DNA of 63,250 bases, the filler included, from Licmophora abbreviata (taxonomy: Eukaryota): NCBI GenBank assembly GCA_900291995.1. It is 21 parts of 21 records of this genome, joined end to end, with 100 filler letters (N's around TTAATTAATTAA, not from the genome) between each part and the next. Parts side by side here need not be neighbours in the genome. Positions count along the whole stretch, not along the records: positions 33,598 to 37,463 come from OLMU01005608.1; positions 37,564 to 41,616 come from OLMU01005609.1; positions 41,717 to 42,942 come from OLMU01005610.1; positions 43,043 to 45,518 come from OLMU01005611.1; positions 45,619 to 47,249 come from OLMU01005613.1; positions 47,350 to 49,304 come from OLMU01005614.1; 15 more parts are not named here. One strand, given 5' to 3'. Position 1 is the stretch's first letter. Each line of letters opens with the position of its first letter. The notes below the pieces were generated by a model. The model saw only the letters and a program-made list of their open reading frames with translations, was not told the origin of the DNA and ran no database searches. This document shows, piece by piece, positions 36,646 to 47,821 of the stretch. The translations under genes and the position numbers were made by a program.

Positions 36646-37428
36646 TCAGAGTCGCGTGCATGTTACGACCGTTTGACGTCGCCCATTGGAATGACCCAGG
36701 AAAGAAGATGATGCCCAGTCACAGTTGAGCCCAATAAATGCAGCATATGACTGGGTATAGTTGGCGTAATTTACTAAACCACCAAAACGGATAATACCGC
36801 CGTCAGTACGCATCACGTCTCGGCCCCGAAGATTCTCTTGTTCAGCGTACAGATTCCAACTCCGCTCTAATTCTGCTTCATGAAGACCAATAACAATATC
36901 AAACACAATCATGTCAGACGAGTCACAGTCAAGGATTCTCCAAGGCAGAGGATATCGTGAAATTATGCTCTCGACCGTTCTGTATTGACGAGAATCCGCA
37001 TTAGTCTCGACGGCGACACGACAAAAACCCTTTGAATTTTCGCGCGAGAGCATCACATCTGCGAGTTGGAAAGTGGGGATGATGTTTTTCCTTTCGCGAT
37101 TTTTGGAGAAGAGATGTGGCGAGTCTGGTTGAAATTCATCATGACTATGTTGGATGAGCTGTTCCACTGGTGCTTGTCCGGTTTCCACTTGTTCTGAGGT
37201 GAATGTATACGCGACCGTCGTAATAAAAGGCAACAAAACGCCCGTGGAAAATAAAACCACCAATTGAATGATTCTGGACCAAATTGAAGAGCGACAAGCG
37301 AAGCGAGTGATAACAGAGCAACCTGTCTCGTCGTCATGTAGAGATTTCGTCGACGAGCCAATGTCCAAGCCGAGACTTCCGGAGGCAACCTGTCTCGGTG
37401 TAGGAGACCAATTCGGAGCGGTCGTCAT
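36646..37428 (-). CDS. Hypothetical type II membrane protein
   Basis: 260-aa ATG ORF with one hydrophobic helix (IIQLVVLFSTGVLLPFITTVAY). Confidence 0.45.
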   Translation of the reverse strand: MTTAPNWSPTPRQVASGSLGLDIGSSTKSLHDDETGCSVITRFACRSSIWSRIIQLVVLFSTGVLLPFITTVAYTFTSEQVETGQAPVEQLIQHSHDEFQPDSPHLFSKNRERKNIIPTFQLADVMLSRENSKGFCRVAVETNADSRQYRTVESIISRYPLPWRILDCDSSDMIVFDIVIGLHEAELERSWNLYAEQENLRGRDVMRTDGGIIRFGGLVNYANYTQSYAAFIGLNCDWASSSFLGHSNGRRQTVVTCTRL

Positions 37429-37917
37429 GGTATTTCGTCGATGGATCGGCGGATAATCCGCTTNNNNNNNNNNNNNNNNNNNNNNNNNNNNNNNNNNNNN
37501 NNNNNNNTTAATTAATTAANNNNNNNNNNNNNNNNNNNNNNNNNNNNNNNNNNNNNNNNNNNNAGGAATACTTCGAAGTACAATTTACTGGACGCTTTCT
37601 TCCCGCTTTCAACAGTTTTGAACATCCAGGAAGTCACGCACAAAAGGTGAACCTCGTCACATCACGTCAATCAGCCTGATACTGCAAGTGAACCTCCACA
37701 ATGGACCACAACGGGACCACGTGAACCTTCACAGTCAACAACTGACCCCATTGTCTCAAACTCAGGCGATCACTGTGCTTGAGCAACGGCTGTACGTTTC
37801 GAGAAGTGTGTAGACGACGCAGGCGAGAGGACTAAGGACCGAACGGACGTGCTCGATAACGAAGCACGAGAACCGCAATCGCGAAGTCTGCATAGAAGCA
37901 TTGCGTTAGATTTCGCA

Positions 37918-38577
37918 ATGCCACCACATCAGGAGCATACTCAAGCAGATTTCGACTCCACTTATCCCCCACAGCTTTTACAGCAGTGCTCAGAGGCCGG
38001 AGACGTCGTCATTGTGGTGGAATCCACCTCGAGTACGACGTCCATCGAAGCGGACGACGCCTCGCGGAACGAGACTCTCTTTCAAGCATTCCTCGACGGA
38101 AAGCTAGCGAGTCTATCTCGTCTGACCATCACGAGTGACACTTGGCATAAAGCGAACCAGGGCGTGTCAAAACGTATTTATGGGATGGACTGGGGCTCTC
38201 TCAAGCGCTTTGTGCAGTCCATGTTTGATGTGAGCCACGAAGAGACGACGGCGGAAAGTCTACGTGGACCGTTAACGGATTTCGAAGAGTGTATGCTATC
38301 GCTGTTGATGTTGGAGCATGGTGGACTTTACCAGGCGACCATGGGGGCGTATTTTGATCGCAGCGAGAAGGTGGCCTTGCTGATCCTTGCCGAATGGAAA
38401 CCCCTATGGAATGAAATTGCATTGCTCATATCGTATCCTCCCTTTCTTGACGACGAGCTGCTCCTGAAGCAACTGGGTTGGAGCGGCAACCATGAAGAGT
38501 TCACACAGGGGTTCCCCAAGGGTATCTTTCGGAATTGTCCCTGGCGGAAACCTGTTCGAGGTTCTTCTGTGCCGTAG
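37918..38577 (+). CDS. Protein resembling the N-terminal HTH region of Harbinger/PIF-type transposases, with no DDE domain
   Basis: SDTWHK..IYGMDW..LTDFEECMLSLL..MGAYFDRS...I..EW pattern, recognised from memory only. Confidence 0.45.
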   Translation: MPPHQEHTQADFDSTYPPQLLQQCSEAGDVVIVVESTSSTTSIEADDASRNETLFQAFLDGKLASLSRLTITSDTWHKANQGVSKRIYGMDWGSLKRFVQSMFDVSHEETTAESLRGPLTDFEECMLSLLMLEHGGLYQATMGAYFDRSEKVALLILAEWKPLWNEIALLISYPPFLDDELLLKQLGWSGNHEEFTQGFPKGIFRNCPWRKPVRGSSVP

Positions 38578-38814
38578 TCACACTTGGGAGTGCTGCTGTA
38601 CGCAGAACGAAGGTCAATCGGCACGCGCTAAACAGTCAAGACGGTCACAAGGGGAATCAAAGTCTACCTGCACTATACGGTGGTAACTGGTCATCATATA
38701 GTCAGTGCGGAAACGATCAATGGAGTTCATGAGTACAGTCACTTTCGGGTGCTCGAAACAAAGAGGGGTTTGCACTGCATCGGGGCTATTAGGATAAATC
38801 GTAGGTCGAGTTTT

Positions 38815-40047
38815 TTATCCTTCCGTTATCAGTTTCATATGCCGTATTGCAATATTGTGTTCCATGTGTCGATAATCACGATCCGCCACGGGCGACTTGG
38901 CCATGCGATCGACTGCCTCGAATCCTTCCACTACCTTGGCAAAGCAGGGATCGGCCTCAGTTGGATCGGCATAGCTCGACTGCCCTCCAGGCCCATGTGC
39001 TCGTGTGTTGTTGCGCGTACTGACATAGAAATCAGGCCCTCCCGGACGTCCGGCAAAGCCCAAAGTGTACTTTTCATGCGGAAACTTTTCAGAGTACTCT
39101 TGAAACCGAATCGACTCCAGACCGAGGTCGACGAATTTCTTGCGCAACCTTGCATTCGGAGGGGAGGCAAAGTTAGGGGCGGGCCCACCCTGAACAACAT
39201 GCCCTGCATTTCGATGAAACGAACATCCATTGTACAATCCCTCATCGACTTGGGACAGAAACGTGTAGAGGGCATGTGGCATGAGTTCGAGCGGTGCCAT
39301 TTCAACAACAAACTTGTCGGCCGTGCCCGCAATACTCGACTTGGGATCAAACTCCAATTGAATTTCAACGCGATGAGGTCCAGGGCCGAATCTGTGTTGG
39401 GGTAAAGAGAGACACGTACCAGATGACAAGAAAAAAGGAGGTGGCGCCGTGAGTGAATGCCTCACAATCGTGCGGAATGTCAATAGCAAAAAGAAACGGC
39501 ACACATACTTTTCAAGAACGTATCGTCGACTGACAACTTGAATCGCACGATGCATCTGCTGCTTGTAGGCTTTCAGTTGTCCTATCTTCTTGACCATTTC
39601 CTTAGTTTCCACCTTGTTGCTGGGCGCAGTATGCAGCGCCTTCTGGTGCAAATCGGCATTCTCCTGTTGCAACTCCAGCAGCTTTTCTTCCCACTCTCTC
39701 GTCATGGGATCCACTTCTTCGCGCTGTAGCCGTTCTGTGATGCGTAACTCCTCTTGAGCCTCCCATTCTAGTAGATAATGATAGCCGCCTATACACAGCA
39801 GCACCATGCAGCCAAACATGAGAATCCAAGACAGAGTCACACCTACGTATCTCTCGGCATAGGCAGTTGACACGCGGGGTGTCGAAGCAGACGACGAATT
39901 CTTTCGCACAGGAGGAGGAGACTTGCGCCCACGGTCATCTTCATCAAGAGCGGCTCCACTGGAAACTTCAGCGGCGACTTGGAGACTCGGATCGCCGGTG
40001 CTCCGAAGACTGCCACTGCGGGACACTACTGATTTGCGCTGTTGCAT
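38815..40047 (-). CDS. Membrane-anchored cyclophilin-fold protein with a coiled-coil stalk (in-frame 117-nt intron 39392-39508)
   Basis: TM helix, coiled coil, SFHRNAGHVVQGG, LGFAGRPGGPDFYVS and CFAKVVEGFEAVDRM; GTATGT..CACAG intron. Confidence 0.8.
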   Translation of the reverse strand: MQQRKSVVSRSGSLRSTGDPSLQVAAEVSSGAALDEDDRGRKSPPPVRKNSSSASTPRVSTAYAERYVGVTLSWILMFGCMVLLCIGGYHYLLEWEAQEELRITERLQREEVDPMTREWEEKLLELQQENADLHQKALHTAPSNKVETKEMVKKIGQLKAYKQQMHRAIQVVSRRYVLEKYVCRFFLLLTFRTIVRHSLTAPPPFFLSSGTCLSLPQHRFGPGPHRVEIQLEFDPKSSIAGTADKFVVEMAPLELMPHALYTFLSQVDEGLYNGCSFHRNAGHVVQGGPAPNFASPPNARLRKKFVDLGLESIRFQEYSEKFPHEKYTLGFAGRPGGPDFYVSTRNNTRAHGPGGQSSYADPTEADPCFAKVVEGFEAVDRMAKSPVADRDYRHMEHNIAIRHMKLITEG

Positions 40048-40509
40048 ACTGGTACTTCGAAGTATGTAGTAGAAGTCGGCTTCAATTTTGGAAGTTTTTG
40101 TTAAACTTTGGTCTATCAAACTCTACCAGACAGTCACCAGCAACGTTTTCAACAAGTCACACGAATGTGTTTGACGAGAAAGCTGTAGAAACCGAGATAC
40201 GTTGACTCATCGCCATGGTCATTTTGTTGCGAGTTGTGATGTCCGCACCGCGGTTTCGAATCGACTGAGGCATTGGCATCGAGTGCGAGGTCGGTCGCGA
40301 GGTCTGAAATCGGCTTGATCGACACACTCGACTCAACCGGCATCGTCATCTCGGCGTCCGCCGTCCTCGCGTCAATTGTTAGACAGCCATGAGCATATTG
40401 TTGTCTGCGGCGCCGTTGTCGTGTCGATCGCCTTGTCCTTCTTCTTGTGGTCTCTCGCACACACACCGCTGTCGGTGGCTAGCTATACTTTGCGCGCGCT
40501 CGATGCGGA

Positions 40510-41415
40510 ATGCCGGTTCCAACGTGCGTTTATGTTCCCGAACTGGGCATGTTTCGTGTCTTGCACTGCGTGGGCAAGAGCTTTTCATCGGGTGGCTACG
40601 GCGTGTCGATTCCATCCGTAGTTTCTGAAAGCGATCGAACTGATGACGCACTAAAGGGGGAGCATCATCGAGAAAAAGTACCGTTTGCTAGTAGCAGTGA
40701 CAGTGATACAAACCCGAAGAAAGACCTTGGAAGAACGAGCGACGAAGATGGTGAGAAATCATCAGAGCAAGAACCCAAGCCTGCTAGGACTACCGCAGCA
40801 CTGAATCATCTGTTCATTGAAGAAGCCTTGTTTCTCCAGCAGCAAGGACTGCTGCGAGTGCTATCGGAGGGTCAATCTTCAGAACTTTGTACCAGAGATC
40901 TCTTTCAGCTGCTCCCTGGCCTTCAGCTCTCGCTTCCCGTCTACCTCTCTTATGCACATTTGCGAGCACAGGACTACCGCGTCCTTCGCCATGTTCCGGC
41001 TCGACTAGAAGTACACTCCAACAACACTGCCGATACTAAGGAGCACCTTCGACAACAGGCACGGCGTGCCAGGGCACCACAGCTCGTGTCTACTGCATCC
41101 TCCTCACGGGATGCCACCACGCCAGCATGGGACGTGTACTTGCCCAATACGCACTTTCGTAAAACCAATCCGGGAGCACCCGACACGTGTGTGATTGTGA
41201 CGAGCTACAATGGGGGTACAAGTGGCGCCGTCAACTTTGATACACTGTGTGAACTCTTGGCCTACTGTCGTCATGGTGCGAGTCACAAGATCGACGGTGA
41301 CAAGACGACTAATGTCCAGATTGCGGCTGTGGCGGATAGTGGGACGGTAGTCATGTTTGGACTGACGGATCTTGGTGTGGAAGATATTTCGGCGGGAAGC
41401 GGACAGGATGCATGA
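40510..41415 (+). CDS. tRNA-splicing endonuclease subunit Sen54-like
   Basis: PELGMFRV..GKSF, LFIEEALFL, YAHLRAQDYRV and WDVYLPNTHFRKTNPGAPD. Confidence 0.7.
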   Translation: MPVPTCVYVPELGMFRVLHCVGKSFSSGGYGVSIPSVVSESDRTDDALKGEHHREKVPFASSSDSDTNPKKDLGRTSDEDGEKSSEQEPKPARTTAALNHLFIEEALFLQQQGLLRVLSEGQSSELCTRDLFQLLPGLQLSLPVYLSYAHLRAQDYRVLRHVPARLEVHSNNTADTKEHLRQQARRARAPQLVSTASSSRDATTPAWDVYLPNTHFRKTNPGAPDTCVIVTSYNGGTSGAVNFDTLCELLAYCRHGASHKIDGDKTTNVQIAAVADSGTVVMFGLTDLGVEDISAGSGQDA

Positions 41416-41758
41416 TTTTGAAGATGCTGAAACATAGAGTGGACCGGGGTTCGCAGTCATGATTGTCGCATGGCACGTCGCGGTGTGCTCCAGTGCGTGC
41501 ACCGTTTACATTCGTATCTATACGTCTGGGGCTAATATGCATGTATAGCAGGGAGAACGCAACGGACAAAGGAAGGATATCAAATCGAAACATCATGCAT
41601 GCGATCATCCACATAANNNNNNNNNNNNNNNNNNNNNNNNNNNNNNNNNNNNNNNNNNNNTTAATTAATTAANNNNNNNNNNNNNNNNNNNNNNNNNNNN
41701 NNNNNNNNNNNNNNNNTGCGAACACACTGTGCCTGCATGTCAGAAGAACAGATCGACC

Positions 41759-42942
41759 ATGAGCAACAGCAGCACCACCAGCCGTCCTTCCTCGCGTGGC
41801 AGCAGATCCTCGTCTCCCCGAGGTCTGCTACTGTTTTCGTATCTAGTCGCGGCGGCAATTTTGTGGCTTGTACTGTCGGCATGGGTGAACTTTCTGTTTT
41901 TGGCGCCAAAGACGGCACACGGTGATGGTAGCCTCTTGGAAATGCCGCTGCAGTCGTCATCGTCCACTCGCAATGGCACATTGCAGCAGACAAACTTTAG
42001 CGGCATCCTCGCAAGAGCCTTTGAGCCATGGCCGGAGGATCTAACACTCCCCTGTTTTTCTCCAGGAGACCCTTGGGATGCGCTCACGCCCATCACGAAG
42101 GGACTCATGTTTCCGAAACCTATCAAGTGCGGAGGGAGTACCGTGGCAGGGATCCTCCTTCGAATGGCTCGTAATATTGCGAAACGACAAGTATCGCTTG
42201 ACACTACAAGCTCCTTGTACGAAATTTGCAGAGTCCGAGGCTTTCAACATGCCCGACCCTACAAGTATTTTGCAAATCGAAGCCGATCACAATCCTTCCT
42301 GTTTTCCGTTCTGCGCGAGCCCACATCACGCGCCATTTCTCATTTCTTTCACATGGTCGTCTCGCGAGAGCATGTACAACCGACAGACGCAAACTTTCGC
42401 TCGGCAATTGAGAAGGACACGATCTTTGTGCAAGATTACTTAATAGAAGCGCATTCGCTCAGTCGGTTCTCGGCGGGAAGGAAAGATGCTATGGAAGTGG
42501 CAAATGGAATCATGCGAGACTACGACTTTCTGGGCATTACCGAACGCATGGACGAGAGCGCTGTCGCTTTGCAACTTCTACTGGGACTAAGAACTGGCGA
42601 CGTTCTGTATTTGGATGCCAAGACAAACGGAGGCTTCGATGATGGTGGATACAACAACGAATGCTACTTTATCGTTCCGAAATACGTGTCACCTGGTATG
42701 AAGGAATACTTTGCTAGCGGAGAATGGCAAGCGTTGGTCAAATGGGATACCGCGTTGTATCAAGCTGCGAATCGCAGCTTGGACATGACGATTGATCGAA
42801 TAGGTCGGCTGCGATTCGAAACAGAGCTCGCTCGGTTTCAATGGGCCAAACAGGTAGTAACAGAACGATGCGGCTCCGTTGCACGATATCCATGTTCCGC
42901 AGGAGGGGAAAAGCAAGAACACAATTGTCTGTATCTGGACTC
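41759..42942 (+). CDS. Type II Golgi sulfotransferase (galactose-3-O-sulfotransferase-like), 3' end in spacer
   Basis: N-terminal TM; PAPS-binding KCGGST and LREPTSRAIS; FLGITERMDES; DTALYQAAN. Confidence 0.8.
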
Positions 42943-43053
42943 NNNNNNNNNNNNNNNNNNNNNNNNNNNNNNNNNNNNNNNNNNNNTTAATTAATTAANN
43001 NNNNNNNNNNNNNNNNNNNNNNNNNNNNNNNNNNNNNNNNNNTGTCCAGTCTA

Positions 43054-43410
43054 TTGCCGCCAGGCCTATCTATGTACGCCTCACTCCATTTTGCCAACTT
43101 TTTCTCCATGTTTGATGCATCAAGTCTCTTTCAAGAACAGAACCGCGAGGTCGCTCGGAAACTTGGCCTTGCCACCTTGTTCATGTTCACACTGCCCATT
43201 GCTGGCTTCTATGTCGGCATGTGGATCTTTCAGAATAAAAGCGAACCGCTGTATTGGAGTGCGGGACTCTCAATACTCATTACAAACCTTATTATTGGAG
43301 GATACGTCACCGTGGCCTTTCAAGAGCCCGACGATGATCCACGCGTCGAACATGATAAGAATGATGCGGATGCACCACGGGTCGGGGTCTTCAAGCAGCG
43401 AGTGGATTGA
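43054..43410 (+). CDS. VMA21: VMA21-like V-ATPase assembly factor (last exon; 5' end probably in spacer)
   Basis: KL...TLFMFTLPI..FY and SILITNLIIGGYVTVAFQE two-TM pattern. Confidence 0.7.
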   Translation: MPPGLSMYASLHFANFFSMFDASSLFQEQNREVARKLGLATLFMFTLPIAGFYVGMWIFQNKSEPLYWSAGLSILITNLIIGGYVTVAFQEPDDDPRVEHDKNDADAPRVGVFKQRVD

Positions 43411-43660
43411 AGTATCATAGCGTTGCACTTGCTAGTACAAGCACAGCAGTTTGTTGTTGAGGTGAGGGCTACATTCCAGCGGCGGCGCTGACAGGTTGCA
43501 TGTGAACAGGCTCACACTTTGTGGTAGCGCTAGCTATAGATGATGATTAGGAGGTACTGCTGATCGCCTTGCTTCCTATAGATCCCCGGGTTTAACTTCA
43601 ATGCACGATCGTTCCTTGCAAACGACACACATGCAACACCGACATGCACCATAAGCCGCC

Positions 43661-45363
43661 TCAGTCTTTCGATTTCCGGTCCTTCTTGGCCTTTTTGGCT
43701 TCTTTCCGTGCCTTCTTGGCTGCCTTTTCCTCGTCTTCTGAATCCCCCTCGGCCTTGCGCTTCTTTTCCTTTTTGGCTTTCTTTTCCTTCTTGGCCTTCT
43801 TCTTGTCGCTACTAGCCTCCGGCGTCATGTCCAGCACCATGTCGCTCGCAGTATTGTAGGAAGGCGCCGTTGCCGAAGCCTTGGCCACGACCGGATCGTA
43901 CTTGGCCGTCTTTCCAGCAGTCAGGGATCCGTTCGGATTGAACAAGCCTCCGCCACCCTCCAACTGTCGCAACCGAGCTTCCACCTTGCTGCGACCTTCA
44001 AATCCAATCGTCGTGTCGACTTGCTCGTCCGTCTCGTCGCTCAGGGCATCGACACGAGTCGCAAGCGCCGCCTTGGCGGCCAAGACGCGACTGATCTTGC
44101 CCTTGTGTTTCGGTGCGGCCTGTCCAATCAAACTGGCATGGTAAATCAAACCATACTTGGGCGTGTCGTGTTTGGTTTTGAGAGCCCGAAAGAGAGCCTT
44201 TTCGGCACCCAATATCTGTATCGTACTGGCAGGCTGCTTGGCCAAGTTCATGAGCGATCCTGCGTGTGAAATCAAACGAGCTCCGACCAGCTCGCCAACG
44301 AGAATCGTCAGGTTGGGAGCAATGGCATTCATGCGATTCTTCAAATACTCAAAAAGCTGTGCCCGATACTCCGTCATCGACAAGACTTGTTCGGCAAGCG
44401 CCTTGATATTGATAATGTCGATATCAGCGACTTCTGTACCCATGGATATTTCCGCAGCTTCCTTGATGGATGCTTCCATTGATTCATCTTCGAGGATATC
44501 GGACAAGTCGTTCTCCCGATAGTTGGATCGAAAGCCACATTTCAATACGAGCTGACTGTATTTCGCATTGTCTCCGACGATTCCCTGTAATTCGGGAAAG
44601 TGCCATCCATACCACTCCTTGACACGCATCGCGTACGTATTGATCTCCTTGTCCAGTTCATCCAGCAATCCGACCGCCTGAATCACCATGGTGTCGACCT
44701 TGTCCGCCGAGAACTTCAATTTGTATCTGGAGAGCGAGTGCGACAGTCCCAGTTGCATGGCACGAATATCCTTCCCTGACAGTGAGACCCCACCAGTACT
44801 ATCCGACTGCTGGTGCTCCAATAGTTCATCCATATACATTCGAATACCCCGAAACAGTTCATGTGTCTTGCTGTCATGCACAATACTCGTATCCTCGCCC
44901 AAGGCATCTTTGATTCCCGCCGCCAGAGACTTGTCGCTGACCGCCAGTTTGTCGGCATGCTGTTTCAATTGCTTCTTCAAGAATTTCTGCAGCGGTTTAT
45001 TGACTTTACCTTCCATCATGTTGGTCGCTGCCGCGACCGCATCGGCGGTATCGGAAAAGGGCTGAAAGGACACGAGGTTCAAAAAGGACGTGGCCTTGCT
45101 GCTGTTGCGAAAGAAGGTCTCGTACATGTCTTCGGCGTCCGTCTTTCTCAATTTCTTTTCATTGGAAACCTAGAGAAGAGGGAAAGAGTGGTTATTAATG
45201 AAGTGGGTGAGTATATACAATGAAATTGAAAGAAGGTTGGCAGTTTTTGATGTCAAGAACTTGTAGTCTGGTCAGTTTGTAACGTTCAAAGTCTAAGTGA
45301 CTTGCGCTGCTTTCTCACCTTGAAGAGGGAGTACCCCGCAGGAGTTTCAAACAGGATCAGCAT
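43661..45363 (-). CDS. NOP58: Box C/D snoRNP protein Nop58 (intron 45170-45318)
   Basis: Exon 1 MLILFETPAGYSLFK; LSHSLSRYKLKFSADKVD, EWYGWHFPEL, KHDTPKYGLIYH and a KKE-rich tail. Confidence 0.95.
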
Positions 45364-45618
45364 AGTGGGTTCGCTGTCGTGTCTTGCGCTCTGCAACAAT
45401 CCCTTTTGCTCTCTCTCAGCAACACCGCCAATGTAATACCGTGGTGACTTGTCGGCATCCAACGCGATCCGATGATCCGAAATCCAAAATTGGGATGAGT
45501 GGTCAGAGTACGATGTGGNNNNNNNNNNNNNNNNNNNNNNNNNNNNNNNNNNNNNNNNNNNNTTAATTAATTAANNNNNNNNNNNNNNNNNNNNNNNNNN
45601 NNNNNNNNNNNNNNNNNN

Positions 45619-46299
45619 ACGATTCACTTTCAGCGTCACGGACAGGGCTATCACAATCTGTTGGGTGACTTGTGGCGCGAGCAGGGCAACACGGTGGATC
45701 TCAACCAGCCGGATCCACAGAAGAATCCCTTTGTGAGACCCGAAGTGCTCGATGCCCCGCTGACCGAACTGGGACGACAAGAAAGTGCGGCACGACGGAT
45801 AGAGGCCGCGGCATTGACTCCGCAACTCATTGTTGTATCGCCGCTCCATAGAGCCATGCAAACGGCACAAATTACCTTTGCGCAGCACCGCAATGACGCG
45901 AAGGATACTAATTCTGCTGCTGCTAGAAATATACCGTGGCTGGCGCACGAGGGGTGTCGGGAGGAACTGGGCTTGTTGACTTGCAATCAGCGTCGACCTC
46001 TATCGGAAACGATGAGGGAATTTCCGGATATTGATTTTTCGCTCGTGATGAGCGGTGAGGCAGATTCCTTGTTCTTGCCGGATCGACGGGAAACGGAATT
46101 GGAAAAGTGTGAAAGAGCGTACGAGTTCATGGTGAACTTTGTGAGGCAGCGACCGGAGGAGGAATTGGCTGTCGTCGGCCATTCGGCGTGGTTGTTTTCG
46201 CTTGCCAATGCTGTCATGGACTGTGAAGAGGAGTCGTTGTCGTCGTGGTGGTTGACGTCCGAAGTAAGATCTATGCACGTGTCGTTTGAGGAGACCTGA
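45619..46299 (+). CDS. Histidine phosphatase (phosphoglycerate mutase family), 5' end in spacer
   Basis: HFQRHGQGYHN upstream of the listed ORF start, DAPLT..G, SPLHRAMQT and VVGHSAWL. Confidence 0.88.
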   Translation, partial: TIHFQRHGQGYHNLLGDLWREQGNTVDLNQPDPQKNPFVRPEVLDAPLTELGRQESAARRIEAAALTPQLIVVSPLHRAMQTAQITFAQHRNDAKDTNSAAARNIPWLAHEGCREELGLLTCNQRRPLSETMREFPDIDFSLVMSGEADSLFLPDRRETELEKCERAYEFMVNFVRQRPEEELAVVGHSAWLFSLANAVMDCEEESLSSWWLTSEVRSMHVSFEET

Positions 46300-46704
46300 A
46301 AGTGGGTGTCGACGTTAGGATTGCGCGTAAGCGATGTGGTACTTTTTGTAGGCTTGTTGTGGTACCTGATGCCGACAACTACGAACTGAGAACAGGTAGG
46401 TTTTTCAGTCTCAGTATCATATCTAGTTTCTCCGACTGCTTTAGCCAGGATACTGGTACATCGACGGTGGAACCGCTCCCCTCTTCTTCTAAGAAGCGTG
46501 ACTGACGAGCGTGAGAAAGTCCAGTGAGTGAGAGTCTATGAGAGGTAGGGTTCGGCTACCACGAACCCTAACTGAACCAGCACCCCCGCACCCCGGCGCC
46601 GATGCTCATGCTGCTGGGTCGTCGCGTCGTGAACCTGCTTTCCATTCACCCCTCCCCACTTTGTAGTGGGGTGAGGAGAACTGTCTCCCCTATGTATCAA
46701 GGTC

Positions 46705-47214
46705 GTGCTCCTACTACTGTTGCGAAAAAGCCTGGCCAGGATGGAAGGATCCGCAATCGTTTTGGAAGAAGCTCGCGACGCGCTCTGTCAGGCCTTGAAG
46801 CGGCGTCTGTCGCTGTCTCGAGAGCCTGTCACGACGACGACGCATCAAACGACAATTAGGGAAAGTCAGTCGGGAACACTGACTTTTTCCACTGCGAGTA
46901 CGGATACTTCCTCACTGGCACCAGACGCATCGACAGCAAACTTGCCTCACGACGACCCCGACGACGATCTTGCCGCAGCCTTCTTCCGACAACAGCAGAA
47001 CAAGCAGCAGCGAAACACATGGGAACTCGAGGAGTGGGCGGAGCTCATAGTGAGAAAGTCTCAACAGGACGAGGTGGAGTCGGAAGAGGTGCTACTCGCC
47101 GGACGTGGAGATAGATCCGGGGGCACTCCTACCACCGTGATCCAGAGTACTCCACTGACACGCGTCGACAGACGTCAGATCGTGGATAGGCTTCTGCAGA
47201 AGCACTTTTCGTAA
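46705..47214 (+). CDS. Hypothetical protein (start unresolved)
   Basis: 169-codon open frame of protein-like composition; no family recognised. Confidence 0.35.
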   Translation: MLLLLLRKSLARMEGSAIVLEEARDALCQALKRRLSLSREPVTTTTHQTTIRESQSGTLTFSTASTDTSSLAPDASTANLPHDDPDDDLAAAFFRQQQNKQQRNTWELEEWAELIVRKSQQDEVESEEVLLAGRGDRSGGTPTTVIQSTPLTRVDRRQIVDRLLQKHFS

Positions 47215-47241
47215 ATGAAGCAACCGTCCTCACTCTCATAT

Positions 47242-47821
47242 CAGCGGCCNNNNNNNNNNNNNNNNNNNNNNNNNNNNNNNNNNNNNNNNNNNNTTAATTA
47301 ATTAANNNNNNNNNNNNNNNNNNNNNNNNNNNNNNNNNNNNNNNNNNNNTTTTGGAAGGACTCGAAAAGGCCGAGCGCAATGGGAGTGGCGGCGTGAATG
47401 GCTCTTAGTAAGGTCGCGTTACCAACCAACTGATAGTTCTGCCATCTGTAGAAGATAGCGGAAGACGAGCCGCCGAAGCAGACTAGCCGCATCAAGCAGC
47501 CTTGGATGCAGAAGGTTCCTACGTTATGGATTCACTCACTCTTATAAAATATATAGTTACATGAATTCCTAAGGTGTATTCTGTTCTTTGTTCTTTCTGT
47601 TTTTCTCTTGGAGCACAGTAAGCTACTGTATGATACTGAATGAGACGTTGGCGCGACACCTTTTCATCACTATAAAAGAGAGCATCCACATTAGGGCGTA
47701 TTTGACTCATCGAGCGCACGCGCAATGCCCTTGGCTCCTTCTCCAATGTCATTGTTGCCGAGATAAAGCTCTGTCAAAGACGGATCGTCGTCCTTGAGGC
47801 GTCGAACATCCTCCTGCAAAC
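47242..47821 (-). pseudogene. Inverted, doubly deleted copy of the LRR gene-VWA8 region
   Basis: Reverse complement matches 12821-12935, then about 14494-14796, then 22911-22943. Confidence 0.85.

Noticed and set aside
43540..43563. ATGATGA..CTGA box C/D-like pair
   Set aside because: The boxes are too close, no terminal stem is seen, and it lies between convergent 3' UTRs.
45170..45318. Possible snoRNA in the NOP58 intron
   Set aside because: No RTGATGA C box on the sense strand.
46511..46525. GAGAAAGTCC resembling the RNase P/MRP CR-I motif
   Set aside because: No matching CR-V partner found downstream.
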